A DNA stretch of 64,000 nt from Octopus bimaculoides (taxonomy: Eukaryota), in NCBI RefSeq assembly GCF_001194135.2, contig NC_068984.1, forward strand, positions 125,237,920-125,301,919. The letters run 5' to 3'. Below, in pieces: positions 36,946 through 50,137 of the stretch. A model generated the notes under the pieces. The model had not been told where the DNA came from. It saw nothing but the letters and a program-made list of their open reading frames with translations, and did no database searches. The position numbers and the translations under genes were made by a program. The stretch's first letter is position 1. The number at the start of each line of letters is the position of its first letter.

Positions 36946-39033
36946 ACATACAGTGTATGGATGTATCTATCTTGAGGTGGGGTTGTATTTTATATTTCTA
37001 AGGTAAACAGGGAAGCGTATCCGAAGCTGATGTGAAGTCATTCAAACGACAAGCGCTTGTGACTGAATGAATAGTTCACTCGTCTCCGTATTTGTACTAC
37101 ACACTGTAGTATGGGTTGAAACGCATTTGATGCATTTGTTAGTAAATTGTTTTTGATCGATTGTCAAATCATCTCTATTTTATATATAAGCCGTGTTTGT
37201 GCTAGAGACTAACCAACAGTGTTTACAACGGTCACTCGACTAATCCTACTACATGATATATATTTTTTTATTGATGAAGCTGCAAAGACATCACAAAAGC
37301 TGTTACTCAGAGTTTCACGTTCCCGTCCGTTAGACAGTTTTGGTTTTGTTTCACATTTATGTGCTTACTCTGGTAATATATATTTGATATGATTATTCAC
37401 AATGGAGTGAATTATGTAAATCAAAAATATCATTTACTAGATTTACCTCTCTTTGACCATCAATGTGCATTTGCTTAGGTTGGAATTGGCAACCAAATCT
37501 CCAGCAAATCATACCTTACCATCTACAATAAAATGATAGCCGCATACATTCACAATCACAAGCACACAAGCGCNNNNNNNNNNAGACATATACACACACA
37601 CACAAAACATACACACACACACACACACACACACATACACACACACAACCATACTCATACACACAAGTACGAACATACATACTGTTCCATCGATACACAG
37701 CACTAATTATTCTGAAGGTAGATATAGACATACACGGGCATTCTATTGTCTCCCTCTCTCTCTCTCCGTCTCTTGCATACTCACACATACATTGACACAC
37801 AATTATACTAACACACACATACACACATGCACAATCGTACACATACACACAGCCGTATTCACACACCCAGTCGTATTCATACACACACACATGCATGCAG
37901 TCATATTTGCGCAAACACACAGACAAACAATCGAAAACATACTCACGCCCACATACAATCGTACAACACACACACAGTATTTCATCGATACACATCACAA
38001 TCAAACTAATTATTGTAAAGGAGGGCATAGACACATAAACACTCTATTAGCTCTATGATTGGTTGTTATTGCTCGTGTTGCCGCCGCTTTTCCTTTACCA
38101 TCTATAGTACCCTTATAATCACCCCTACCACCTATATCACCCGGAAACCCATCCTCTGCGACCTCACCAACCCCCCTACAACACTTGGTGTGCGCACCTG
38201 TCTGACTGAATTAATTGACTCTTAACCAAACCCGACTCCTTATATTTTTACAAAAGACACGTCTCACCCATCATTGAAAATTGAAAACGTTCCCATTGAC
38301 GCATTATGGTCCTTTATTTTTCTTTTTTACATCCTTTTATTTTCCTCACCCGATTCTTCTATTTTCTTCTTCTCTCCATCATTTTTTTTGTGGGGGGGGC
38401 GTATTTTTTGATTAGCCATCAATTCGAAGATCATACTGAAGCATCGCTTTTATGCTAGGGCACATTCCAGGTCTGGTCGTTTAAAATCTTCACCATTCCT
38501 TCTATAACCGCGTTAGCATCATCGCTATCATTAATGAAAATTTTGAACAGCAATGTGAGAGAGCTTCCTATGTGGTCCCTCGACCTGCTAGAAATAATAG
38601 TGAAATTCTTTCACGCTCAAATCAGATCCCAACTGTCTTATAATCATGCTTCTTCTTACATTGGAATATTTCAGATATTAATAAATACTTTCACTATAAA
38701 TCTTACGTCTTCCTTGTTTCAGCTACAACGGAGAGAAAGAAAGATGCCTGATGGTCACGTGGGAGCCACGTGAGCAAGGGAGGAGGAATGAGGGAGAGGG
38801 AGTGACAGAGTAATAGAATAAAATAGTGGGAGAAGAGGAGGTAAAAGAATAAAAGAGAGAAAAAGAGAGAGAAACGAAAGAGTAAAAAGATCGTATAGAG
38901 TGCGCGTCGGAATTATTAAGATAAAACTTACTTGGAAGAGGATGCACGGTGTTCAGTCATATAATAATATAAATAATATATATATATAGATATGCATACA
39001 TACATACGTACATGTACATACTTACATTTATAA

Positions 39034-39065
<32 letters not shown>

Positions 39066-39149
39066 NNNNNNNNNNNNNNNNNNNNNNNNNTATAGGCATG
39101 TATGTATGTATTCAACCTGCTTCTACTGTATATTTATAAATCTACGAAG

Positions 39150-39405
39150 TGTGTTTACCTTCGTGTTTATTTTTGTCCCCAACAAATGCCTGACAACCGC
39201 TGTTGGTTTGCTTACCCCCCTGTAAGCGGTTCGGTAAAAGTGTCTGATAGAAAAAGTACCAGGCTTAAAAAGAAAAAAAAAAATAGTGAAGAACGATTTG
39301 TTCGGCAAAAACCCTTCAAGGTGGTGACCCCCTCCTCCGCGTAACCCCCATTTCGTCGTGGCTGCAGTCCAAAGACTGGAACAAGTAAAAGACTGAAGAT
39401 AAAAG
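39150..39405 (+). mobile_element. SINE family B 3' module, diverged
   Basis: tttgtccccaac..cctgacaaccgctgttgg..ggctgcagtccaaagactggaacaagtaaaag. Confidence 0.8.
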
Positions 39406-39867
39406 AAAAATATCGATTGAGTTATTAGATATAAGTGGAAGCTATTCAGACAAAATACAGAATGAGACAGGGCCAGATAGTGAGTGAGTAAGCGATGAAT
39501 AGGTGTGTTTCGGTTATATGATGGAAGTAAGTTTATTTAAACTGGTGGAAGAAATGCCATAATATTGTGATTGATAGTGGCGAGGGCAGATGTAGGTCAA
39601 AAGCACACTTGCAATGTGGTAGTCTAAATAAGATATATGAGAAATCTACATAACTGATGTAACTAAGGACAGGTTTAGCTAGCTGCAAAATGCTACATCT
39701 AAAGTCACTTATCCAACCCATTACACTCTATGAAAAGGCAGATGTAGAAACAGACATAGGCAGCACTACTAACGTTTCAATACAGATATTTTACATCTAC
39801 ATGTGTTGTGCATAGCCTGTATTATCAATGCGGTGTTTGTGTATACGAGGGCAGACGTCATATAACA

Positions 39868-40250
39868 TGTGGCACTCGGTCGGTTGCGGCGACGAGGGTT
39901 CCAGTTGATCCGATCAACGGAACAGCCTGCTCGTGAAATTAACGTGCAACTGGCTGAGCACTCCACAGACACATGTACCCTTAATGTAGTTCTCGGGGAG
40001 ATTCAGCGTGACACAGAGTGTGACAAAGCTGGCCTTTTGAAATACGGGTACAACAGAAACGGGAAGAAAGTGTGAAAGAAAGTTGTGGTGAAAAAGTACA
40101 GCAGGGTTCGCCACCAACTCCCTGCTGGAGCCACGCGGAGCTTTAGATGTTTTTGCTCAATAAACACTCACAAAGCCCGGTCTTGGAATCGAAACCGCGA
40201 TCCTACGACCGTGAGTCCGCAGCGCTAACTACTGGGTCATTGCGCCTCCA
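39868..40250 (-). mobile_element. SINE family C, full length
   Basis: Reverse complement of 17700-18081 throughout. Confidence 0.92.
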
Positions 40251-40327
40251 CTCATACAACATACTTCATGTACCTCTGTGTGTGTGTGTGTGGGTGTAGG
40301 TGTGTGTATACAAACTCTTCTTGTACC

Positions 40328-40597
40328 TATACACATATATATATATTCTTTTATTTGTTTCAGTCATTCGACTGCGGCCATGCTGGAGCACAGCATTTAG
40401 TCGAACAAATCGACCCCAAGATGATTCATTTATTGTAAGAGTAGTACGTATTCTATCGGTCACTTTTGCCGAACTGCTAGCTTACGGGGACATATACACA
40501 CAAACATCGAGTGTGAAGCCATGATGGAGGGACAAACACACACACACACGCACACGCACACACGCACACACATACACACACATACACACACACACAC

Positions 40598-40694
<97 letters not shown>

Positions 40695-40815
40695 CACACG
40701 ACAGGCTTCTTTCAGTTTCCGTCCACCAAATCCACTCAAGGCTTTAGTCGACCCGAGGCTATAGTAGAAGACACTTGCCCGAAGTGGTTGGTAAGCAAGC
40801 TACTTACCACACACC
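40328..40815 (-). mobile_element. SINE family B with an expanded internal (CA)n(TA)n tract
   Basis: tttcagtcattcgactgcggccatgctggagcac..ttcagtttccgtccaccaaatccactcaaggctttagtcgacccgaggctatagtagaagacacttgccc. Confidence 0.9.
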
Positions 40816-40881
40816 CACTATGTTACACATATATACGTGTGTGTACGTGTGTGTGTTTGTATATATACAATGATATATACG

Positions 40882-40918
<37 letters not shown>

Positions 40919-41111
40919 ATATATATATATATATAATTTTTTATATATTTTTTGGTAGTTTTTGACTCATTTANNNNNNNNNNNNNNNNNNNNNNNNNNN
41001 NNNNNNNNNNNNNNNNNNNNNNNNNNNNNNNNNNNNNNNNNNNNNNNNNNNNNNNNNNNNNNNNNNNNNNNNNNNNNNNNNNNNACACACATATGTGTGT
41101 GTTAAATGTGA

Positions 41112-41532
41112 TAGGCGCAGGCGTAGCTGTATAATAAGATATTTGCTTCTTATCCGGGTTCAGTTCATTGCACCGTGGGAATGTCTTCTGCTATAGCCTT
41201 TGGGCCAATCAAAGTCTTGCCAGTGGATTTTAATAGACGAAACGGAAACCAGTCGTATATATGCGCGCGCGCGCGTGTGTGTGTGTGTGTGCGTGTGTGT
41301 GTGTGTGTGTATACGCGAGTGAGTGTGTTTTGGGATCTATGTTTGTCCCACACACCCACTGTTTCACAACCAGTGTTTGTTTGATAACGCCCCCGTAATT
41401 TAATGGTTCACTGAAGAACCGATTCAATAAGTACTAGGTTTAAAACGAAATAAGTGCTAGGGTCCATAAGTTTGACAAAATAATCTTCAAGGCGGTGTCC
41501 TACCATGGACACTGTCTAATGACGGAAACCAG
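41112..41532 (+). mobile_element. SINE family B, diverged, full length
   Basis: aggcgcaggcgtagctgt..tcttctgctatagcctttgggccaatc..caaggcggtgtcctaccatggac. Confidence 0.8.
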
Positions 41533-42361
41533 CCGATTCACACGCTAATTAACAGAATGATTACTCAAGAAATCGATAAATTAATTAGTTGAATGTAAAC
41601 AAATTGACTAATAAAGATAAAAGAAAAAGAATCTGTGGACGTGTCTCTTACTGGCATCATGGCCATATATGTATGTATGTATGTATGTATGTACGTACGT
41701 ACGTACGTATGTGTGCACTCTGCTCTAACTTGCTAGAACACCAGATTCCAATGCGCACAGCTAACGCTGTCAGAATAACAGCCACAAATCCTACAACTAA
41801 AACAACCAGCGAATGCTAAGCTAATATACCGTTCACAAAATGTGTTTTTGCTGCTCAATGGCAGCGTGTCTACAAGTCTGACATTCTGTAGCAATGAAGT
41901 CATATCTTGTGTCAGATTATTCTAAGACAGGTCTGTGTTATTATCGTCCAACATCAGAATGGTCTGTTGAACTTTTTATATTTAGTAGCGTAATAATTTT
42001 CGGCGAAAATAGTTGTCCTTAAAGGTTCCTATATTTAGCTGAACTATGAAAGCTTTCTCTAGACTGTGAATAACAAGATTTGTTCTAAGATCCGAAATTA
42101 AGTTTGTTTCGCTTATTTATATGTTTTATATTCTATATTCTGTATATTCTCACACTTGTACATGGACGGACAAAGTGTTTTTAGGTGCGCGTACGTCCTC
42201 TGCGAATTGACTATATCTGTCATGTTGAATGCGTGTACAATCACACACACGCACGCACACACACACACGTGTGTGTATGTGCGTGTGCATGTATGCATAT
42301 ATGTATGTATGTATGTATGAATGTATATATGTGTGTGTATGTGTGTGTATATATATGTATG

Positions 42362-42412
<51 letters not shown>

Positions 42413-42414
<2 letters not shown>

Positions 42415-42611
42415 TGTAACCTCGTGGGCATCGGTACCATTTTCCTCTTTCTCCGTTCTTCCATTCTCCGAACTTTCCATCTTTCCGGCGAAGGGCTACG
42501 CCCGAAACGTCATACACTCTCTCTTTCCTTTCCTGAGCGTCCAATAATACTATCCATATCACGTCCTCACTTTGTTGTTTTTTTGTTTTTTTTGTTATTG
42601 TGTTTTTGAAC
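42413..42611 (+). mobile_element. Penelope-like terminal remnant with a decayed minimal hammerhead, flanked by (TA)n on both sides
   Basis: ccggcga-a-gggc-tac-gccc-GAAA-cgt-c at 42485-42511: the core CCGGCGA differs from CTGANGA by two transitions; ACGT helix III. Second copy of the tail at 31264-31347. The PLE assignment is inferred from the motif. Confidence 0.55.
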
Positions 42612-43990
42612 TATATATATATATATATATGCACACACACAGATGAATATATGGTGTGAGTGGCTCATTGTCATGAATACATTAAATATTTTTACATAAA
42701 CATGCATTGTGTATACATATATATATATATTTAAGTTTGTACGCAAGTATACACATGCACACACATCGCATCTATCTGTGTGTACGTGAAGATACATACA
42801 TGCATATATATATATATATATATATTTATACATACATACTCACACACACATACATATAGCTACATACGTACATGCATGATATATATTTGTATGTATGTTT
42901 ACATATCGCTAAAATCTTAAACATACAAACATGCCCTTCGGCATATTTTCAGGATGAGACGGTGTACAAATATGCAGTTTTTGTTTAATTTCTGAAAGTG
43001 ATGAGGCGAATGGCAAAGACGACGATCTGGTTTTCCTACTCTAAAGTATTTGGAGAAATTTCAGTGTTAGATTCATGCCATTTCATTTCACTTAATCATG
43101 CAAAGAGGTGACAATTCTCGTACCTACCCCCGTCTGTAGTGTCAGTATGTTCATTTTTAGAGATATGACGCGGTTAAGTAGGAGGTGTGAGAAAATAATT
43201 GTGAATGATGAGCGTAAGAGAGAATATATGATGGTCGGTAGCAAAGAATTATATACATATGTATAAAAACACACACACGCACACACGCACACACGGACAC
43301 ACACACACACACACACACATACACACAAACACACACATACATATATATNNNNNNNNNNNNNNNNNNNNNNNNNNNNNNNNNNNNNNNNNNNNNNNNNNNN
43401 NNNNNNNNNNNNNNNNNNNNNNNNNNNNNNNNNNNNNNNNNNNNNNNNNNNNNNNNNNNNNNNNNNNNNNNNNNNNNNNNNNNNNNNNNNNNNNNNNNNN
43501 NNNNNNNNNNNNNNNNNNNNNNNNNNNNNNNNNNNNNNNNNNNNNNNNNNNNNNNNNNNNNNNNNNNNNNNNNNNNNNNNNNNNNNNNNNNNNNNNNNNN
43601 NNNNNNNNNNNNNNNNNNNNNNNNNNNNNNNNNNNNNNNNNNNNNNNNNNNNNNNNNNNNNNNNNNNNNNNNNNNNNNNNNNNNNNNNNNNNNNNNNNNN
43701 NNNNNNNNNNNNNNNNNNNNNNNNNNNNNNNNNNNNNNNNNNNNNNNNNNNNNNNNNNNNNNNNNNNNNNNNNNNNNNNNNNNNNNNNNNNNNNNNNNNN
43801 NNNNNNNNNNNNNNNNNNNNNNNNNNNNNNNNNNNNNNNNNNNNNNNNNNNNNNNNNNNNNNNNNNNNNNNNNNNNNNNNNNNNNNNNNNNNNNNNNNNN
43901 NNNNNNNNNNNNNNNNNNNAACACACCAGCATCGGTTGTCAAGCGATGTTGGGGGGACAAACACAGACACACAAACATATACACACATAC

Positions 43991-44040
<50 letters not shown>

Positions 44041-44371
44041 GCATACATATACATATATATGTGTACGTATGTCTGTGTGTGTGTGGGGGGGCATCTAGAT
44101 TAATGCTCAGATCTCCAAACCGAATCTACTTATGCCGTCAGGTATATTTCATCCCACTGGATCCCTTACACCTTATAGCAAAACTTTCAGATATAAAATA
44201 CTGCGAGCAACGGCACATCGTGGTTATTTGTCCTCTATAGTTTCCCATGTATGTATCTATCACTCAGGTTCTCATTATTCTGAACTTGAAAACTGCAACC
44301 GACATCAAAATTCTCCCGCTAAATGATTTCTGAAATTTTAGTGACTTCTCTCGTCCTTTCTATGACATACT

Positions 44372-44667
44372 GGACTGGCATTCCTTCGGTTACGACGGTT
44401 AGGGTTCCAGATGATCCGATCAACGGAACAGCCTTCTCGTGAAATTAACGTGTAAGTGACTGAGCACGCCACAGACACGCGTACCCTTAACGTAGTTCGC
44501 AAGGAGATTCAGCGTGACACAGAGTGTGAAAAGGCTGACCTTTCGAAATTCTACTCACTTTTGCCAGCTGAGTGGACTGGAACAGAGTGAAAGTCTTGCT
44601 CAATGATACAACGCGCTTTCGGGAATCGAACTCAAGCCCTTTCGAACGTGAGGCGAATACCCTAGCC
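44372..44667 (-). mobile_element. SINE family F (D/E-type head and centre plus family C 3' module)
   Basis: Reverse complement gaaggtgtgtggcttggtggctaggg..gagttcgattccc..ccactcagctggcaaaagtgagtag..gtcacgctgaatctcc..ggatcatctggaaccct; paralogue at 55010-55318. Confidence 0.85.
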
Positions 44668-45513
44668 ACCAAGCCACACACCTTCACAATGGCATACTAT
44701 TTTCCAGATATCTATTGTACTTCCATGCAGTATGACTGATGTTTCTTTGAAAGCCATTAGGTGTGTCGATTCTTTCAACGCCAGACGCGTTCAGCCAATT
44801 GACATAGCCGTGTTTGATCAATACCCAGCTTGTGTCCAGTTAGCACTACCGCTGGGAGTATTGCTCCTTCCGGGTTTGCACTTCCTGTTTCACAGTCACC
44901 TTGAATCAACCTTCGCTGCCTCCAGAGCTATGTAGAAGGCTTTCCATTTATTGGCTCCGTTCTGTAAGCTCTGTAGATTTATTGCCTGCAAATGCAAAGC
45001 CTCCGCATCCTACCACTATGGAATCACACCTTTCCTAATGCCAGTTTCCTCGTCAAAGCTGAAGTTCATAATCTCTAGTAATGTACACCAGCCTGCAGAA
45101 ATTCGCATGAAATATCGTTGACAATAATCCCATAATATCTTTCATCTTCCAGCCAGCATTCTAACTACAACCGTATGTTGTACAATTTATACACTAAGGA
45201 ATACAACAGGGACATATGTAATAATTTATTCAATATCTCTATCATTCCTTAATCGTTGTGTACAGACAGAATTGGTCCACTCAAATTTAAAGCATTGGTA
45301 TCAAATTTTGGCACAAGGCCATTTCTTTAAAGTAATGATCGCAAACTAAGGCTTGTACACTGCTAAACGCAAATACATTCTACACTTAATCTTAAAAATG
45401 CATTTTAGCTGATTAACAAACCATAATTCAAGAAAACATCGCATTGCATTGCACTCATTCTTCATCCTAATCACTGCCTTCCTATAGTAATGATTGTTGC
45501 TATCTATAATGAC

Positions 45514-45678
45514 TTCTACAGCTACCCACAGTCACTCTTACTGCCCCATTAGTCACTCCTACTGCTCCCTTAGTCATTCCTACTGTTCCCTATCGAAACT
45601 TCTACTGCTTCCTAGTTATTCTTACTGCTCCATATAGTCACTTTTACTATTACTGTAGTCGCTTCTATTGCTACTTAC
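45514..45678. repeat. Degenerate about 21-bp minisatellite (tcctactgctcccttagtcac), about 8 copies
   Basis: tcttactgccccattagtcac / tcctactgctcccttagtcat / tcttactgctccatatagtcac and others. Confidence 0.85.
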
Positions 45679-45697
45679 GTGTAAATCACTTCAGTGT

Positions 45698-46034
45698 GAA
45701 GGCGCATGGCTCAGTGGCTAGAGCATCGGGCTCACAATCATGAGATAGTGAGTTCGATACCCGGACCGAGCTATGTGTTGTGTTCTGTGTTCTTGAGCAA
45801 GATACTTTATTTTTCACGTTACTCCAAATCACTCAGCTGCAGAAATGAGTCATGACGTCACTGGTGCCAAGCTGTATCAGCATTTGTCTTTCCCTTGGAC
45901 CTCATCGGTGGCATGGAGAGGGGAGGCTAGTATGAATGGGTGACTGCTGGTGATCCATAAACAACCTTGCCCTGACTTGTACCTTGGAGGGGAACTTTCT
46001 AATTGTACTCCCATGGTCATTCATGACTGAAGGG
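45698..46034 (+). mobile_element. SINE family D
   Basis: gaaggcgcatggctcagtggctagagc..gtgagttcgatacccggacc..cactcagctgcagaaatgagtcatgacgtcac; aligns with 15702-16037. Confidence 0.88.
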
Positions 46035-46659
46035 AGCCCTTACTTATATAATCACTTCCCATGAGCACTTCTGCTCGTACTGTCACTACTGCTATTCGTG
46101 TGAAGGAGAAGGATTTATAAGAGCCCCTATTTATGCTCACAAAGCACACCTGCGTCTTCTCTCAAGTTAACCCCATTGTCTTGTATTTTTTTTTTGTTTT
46201 TTGTTTTTTTGCATAGCACCAAAATCCTCTCCTAAACACTTCCTCGAAATCTTTATCGCCAGATGCTTCTAGAATTCCTTAATACCCGCCTACCAAATAC
46301 TGTTTGAACATCAACCGTATCGACCTCAAAGTATCTGGGGAGAGCCTGCAAAGGTTATAAGGCATTATTCCTCTTCCCACATGAAAATGTTAAAAATCAA
46401 ACTCTGTGCGTGTGGAGAAGGGGGGGGCGTGTGCGTGTGAGCTGCCGCTCGCACATGCACGCACTACAACCATCGCCACCGCCGACGCCGCCACCACCTC
46501 TTCCACCGCTACCATCGCCATCACCATCACCACCATCACCAGTTTACATATACCTATTGTTTCTCTGTTTAAACAATCAGTCGTCACTGTTCATCATCTC
46601 TCTGATGCTAATCTCTCTTTTTATCAACTGTCTATACACCCCTCTCTCCCTTTTCCTAT

Positions 46660-46696
<37 letters not shown>

Positions 46697-48396
46697 TGNN
46701 NNNNNNNNNNNNNNNNNNNNNNNNNNNNNNNNNNNNNNNNNNNNNNNNNNNNNNNNNNNNNNNNNNNNNNNNNNNNNNNNNNNNNNNNNNNNNNNNNNNN
46801 NNNNNNNNNNNNNNNNNNNNNNNNNNNNNNNNNNNNNNNNNNNNNNNNNNNNNNNNNNNNNNNNNNNNNNNNNNNNNNNNNNNNNNNNNNNNNNNNNNNN
46901 NNNNNNNNNNNNNNNNNNNNNNNNNNNNNNNNNNNNNNNNNNNNNNNNNNNNNNNNNNNNNNNNNNNNNNNNNNNNNNNNNNNNNNNNNNNNNNNNNNNN
47001 NNNNNNNNNNNNNNNNNNNNNNNNNNNNNNNNNNNNNNNNNNNNNNNNNNNNNNNNNNNNNNNNNNNNNNNNNNNNNNNNNNNNNNNNNNNNNNNNNNNN
47101 NNNNNNNNNNNNNNNNNNNNNNNNNNNNNNNNNNNNNNNNNNNNNNNNNNNNNNNNNNNNNNNNNNNNNNNNNNNNNNNNNNNNNNNNNNNNNNNNNNNN
47201 NNNNNNNNNNNNNNNNNNNNNNNNNNNNNNNNNNNNNNNNNNNNNNNNNNNNNNNNNNNNNNNNNNNNNNNNNNNNNNNNNNNNNNNNNNNNNNNNNNNN
47301 NNNNNNNNNNNNNNNNNNNNNNNNNNNNTTTATGAACGCTATCTTCATTAGTATCCCCCCCCCACCATCATCATCATAATCATCACCGCCGCCACCACCA
47401 ACATCAACAGTAAGAAAAAGAACAACAATAACACCCTCACTATTTTTCCACCTTCGTATTTCCCGTTTCGCTTTCCTTATATCGCCTTCAATGTACTTCT
47501 CCTTCCCCTTCCCCTCTCTTCCTTTCCATCTGTCTTTTCCCCTATCGCTGCCTCTCTTTCCCCCTCTTTCTCCCCCACTCTCTCTCTCTCACTATTAGCT
47601 TCCCATTCCCAAACAGAACTCCCACCATTTATAGATAGCTTCAGCAACACCTCTCTGAAACATCACTCACATATTAACTACGTCATTCAATCGCACACAC
47701 TTCTTTGAGTATAATTTATTGTTGTTGCTGCTGCAGTTGCTGCTACTGTTGCTGCTCCTGCTTCTCCTCCTATTGTTGTTGCTGTTGTTGTTGTTATTGC
47801 TCATTTGTTAGCAGACAGCAGACGAGACATAGGTTCAGATCCAATCCAGGTTGGTCGCCTTCTTGTCCAACTCTTCAGCTTCCAAACGCACAAACGAAAC
47901 TAGTGTTGCGATACTGTTATCAACGACCTCTGTCGAACTTGCCAAATAACAGCAACAACAACAACAAAAAACGACTCTTCCCCTCACACCGTTTTCTCTT
48001 TACTGTTGTTGGTGGCAGAGAAAAAATTGATAACAGTTTTACACTAACAACGTATTTTTTTTTTTCTACAGTTTCCTATATTTCTCTTCATGGTGGCTAA
48101 TTTTCGCTTTGATGGAATATATAATTGAGGGCGAGACCAAATGCTTTTGTATAGTTTGCTGTTTGTGGGGAGCTTTCTTTATCGTACATGAGGTATACAG
48201 AGGCGTCAAAAGGACCCCTCCCCTCTTTAATCTGCTTACAAAAGGCCTCTCATTTCAGCTAACTTGAAACAATGGCTCGGCTTATCGCTTTGTTTTTCTT
48301 TGCAATTTTTATTTCCTGACTGCACACGTATGTGTTTGTCTACATATGAGCGTGCATGTATATGAGTATACATACACACACACACACATATTATAA

Positions 48397-48444
<48 letters not shown>

Positions 48445-49286
48445 NNNNNNNNNNNNNNNNNNNNNNNNNNNNNNNNNNNNNNNNNNNNNNNNNNNNNNNN
48501 NNNNNNNNNNNNNNNNNNNNNNNNNNNNNNNNNNNNNNNNNNNNNNNNNNNNNNNNNNNNNNNNNNNNNNNNNNNNNNNNNNNNNNNNNNNNNNNNNNNN
48601 NNNNNNNNNNNNNNNNNNNNNNNNNNNNNNNNNNNNNNNNNNNNNNNNNNNNNNNNNNNNNNNNNNNNNNNNNNNNNNNNNNNNNNNNNNNNNNNNNNNN
48701 NNNNNNNNNNNNNNNNNNNNNNNNNNNNNNNNNNNNNNNNTTTTATAAGTATGCATTTATATATGCATGTTCGTGAATGCAAATGTATTCAAGAAAGCGA
48801 GGGCGGAAACGATAGGTAATGACGAGGTGGGACGAAAAATAATTTTAAAAACTAGAAAGAAAAGAATGGAAACAATTCTATTTAATTAATATAGCAGAAA
48901 GTGAAACAGTAGATTCATTTTTCCTTTGTATTGTAGTGTTTGTTTCTATGTCTTTTGTGATCGTCTGTCTAAGATATAAAATGGAAACAGTGGTTGATTT
49001 CAATCTAGTATTATTCAATGAAAAATTAAGCGTCTATGTCCGAACGAATACAACAGATTGTCTAGGGAAATATGAAATCATCCAACTGGATGTAATTTCG
49101 TATTTTGCGAACATAGGTGACACATGTTACAATGACATGCTAAGCTTGCCATGTTAAACTTGCGATGTTTTATTACGCTCTTCTTTAATGTTGATTTCAA
49201 TGGCTACCAAATTTGGTTTTGTTGTATTCTATGCCAAAAGAAAGCATTAGTTGAATAATACATTCAAAATGTCTAAAAGACGCACA

Positions 49287-49450
49287 TATTTTTATATAGG
49301 CGCAGGCATAGCTGTGTGATAAAAAGCTTGCTTCCCAACAACACGGTTCTGGATTCAGTCTGACTGCGTCGTACCTTCGGCAAGGGCTTTCTACCTCAGG
49401 CCGACAAAACCCTTGTTGGTGGATTTGGTAGACGAAAACTGAAAGTCTGT
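49287..49450 (+). mobile_element. SINE family B 5' module
   Basis: aggcgcaggcatagctgtgtg..ggatttggtagacgaaaactgaaag. Confidence 0.82.
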
Positions 49451-49490
<40 letters not shown>

Positions 49491-49497
49491 TGTGTAT

Positions 49498-49712
49498 TCT
49501 TTTGTTTGTTTGTCATTTGACTGCGGCCATGGTGGGACACTGTCTTTCGTCAAATAAATCGAACCCAGAACTTACTCTTTGTAAGCCTAGTACTTATCTT
49601 CTGGTCGGCCCGAGGCTATAGTAAAAGACACTTACCCAAGGTGCCACGCACGCAGTGGGACTCGGAAGTGTGTGGTTGGTAGGCAAGCTACTTACCACAC
49701 AGCCACTCCTAT
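49498..49712 (-). mobile_element. SINE family B with a large internal deletion
   Basis: The 3' module (gtcatttgactgcggccatgg..gcctagtacttatc) is joined directly to the 5' module (ggtcggcccgaggctatagt..cacagccactcct). Confidence 0.85.
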
Positions 49713-50104
49713 TTATTATTTTTTTCATCGAGCTCTATAACTTGTAAGACTGTTTACCCAATTTCCATAGTGTATAGGTGACAGAGATGACATTTCACCG
49801 GTCCGTTGCAGAGATCGATTCTGGCAATTTATAAGGGAGCGAAGGGGGTGGAGATTTGATTACATTGACACCAATACTTGACCCGAACGAATGAAAAGTA
49901 AAGCTGACCTCAGCAGGGCTGGCCTACATTCTCTCTAACATACAGGACGCCAATCAATTGTAGGGTCTGCCTATTTGCAGCTGAGCGGACTGGAGCAAAG
50001 TGAAATGAAATGTCATGTTAGAGAATACAACGCACCGCTAGCCTGAGATCGCAACACCGATTTCTTTTATGCCAACCACTCGGCCACGTGCCTTAATAAT
50101 ACAC

Positions 50105-50137
<33 letters not shown>

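Noticed and set aside
39765-39832. Minus strand ttgataa-tacag..ctgta-tt-gaaacgtt, decayed hammerhead
   Set aside because: Two core mismatches, U at position 17 and weak helix I; indistinguishable from chance without paralogues.
47705-48100. Poly-Cys/poly-Leu ORFs here and at 27053-27644, 33317-33668, 51944-52629 and 54111-54579
   Set aside because: Translations of degenerate trinucleotide tracts with no domain content or consistent splice signals.
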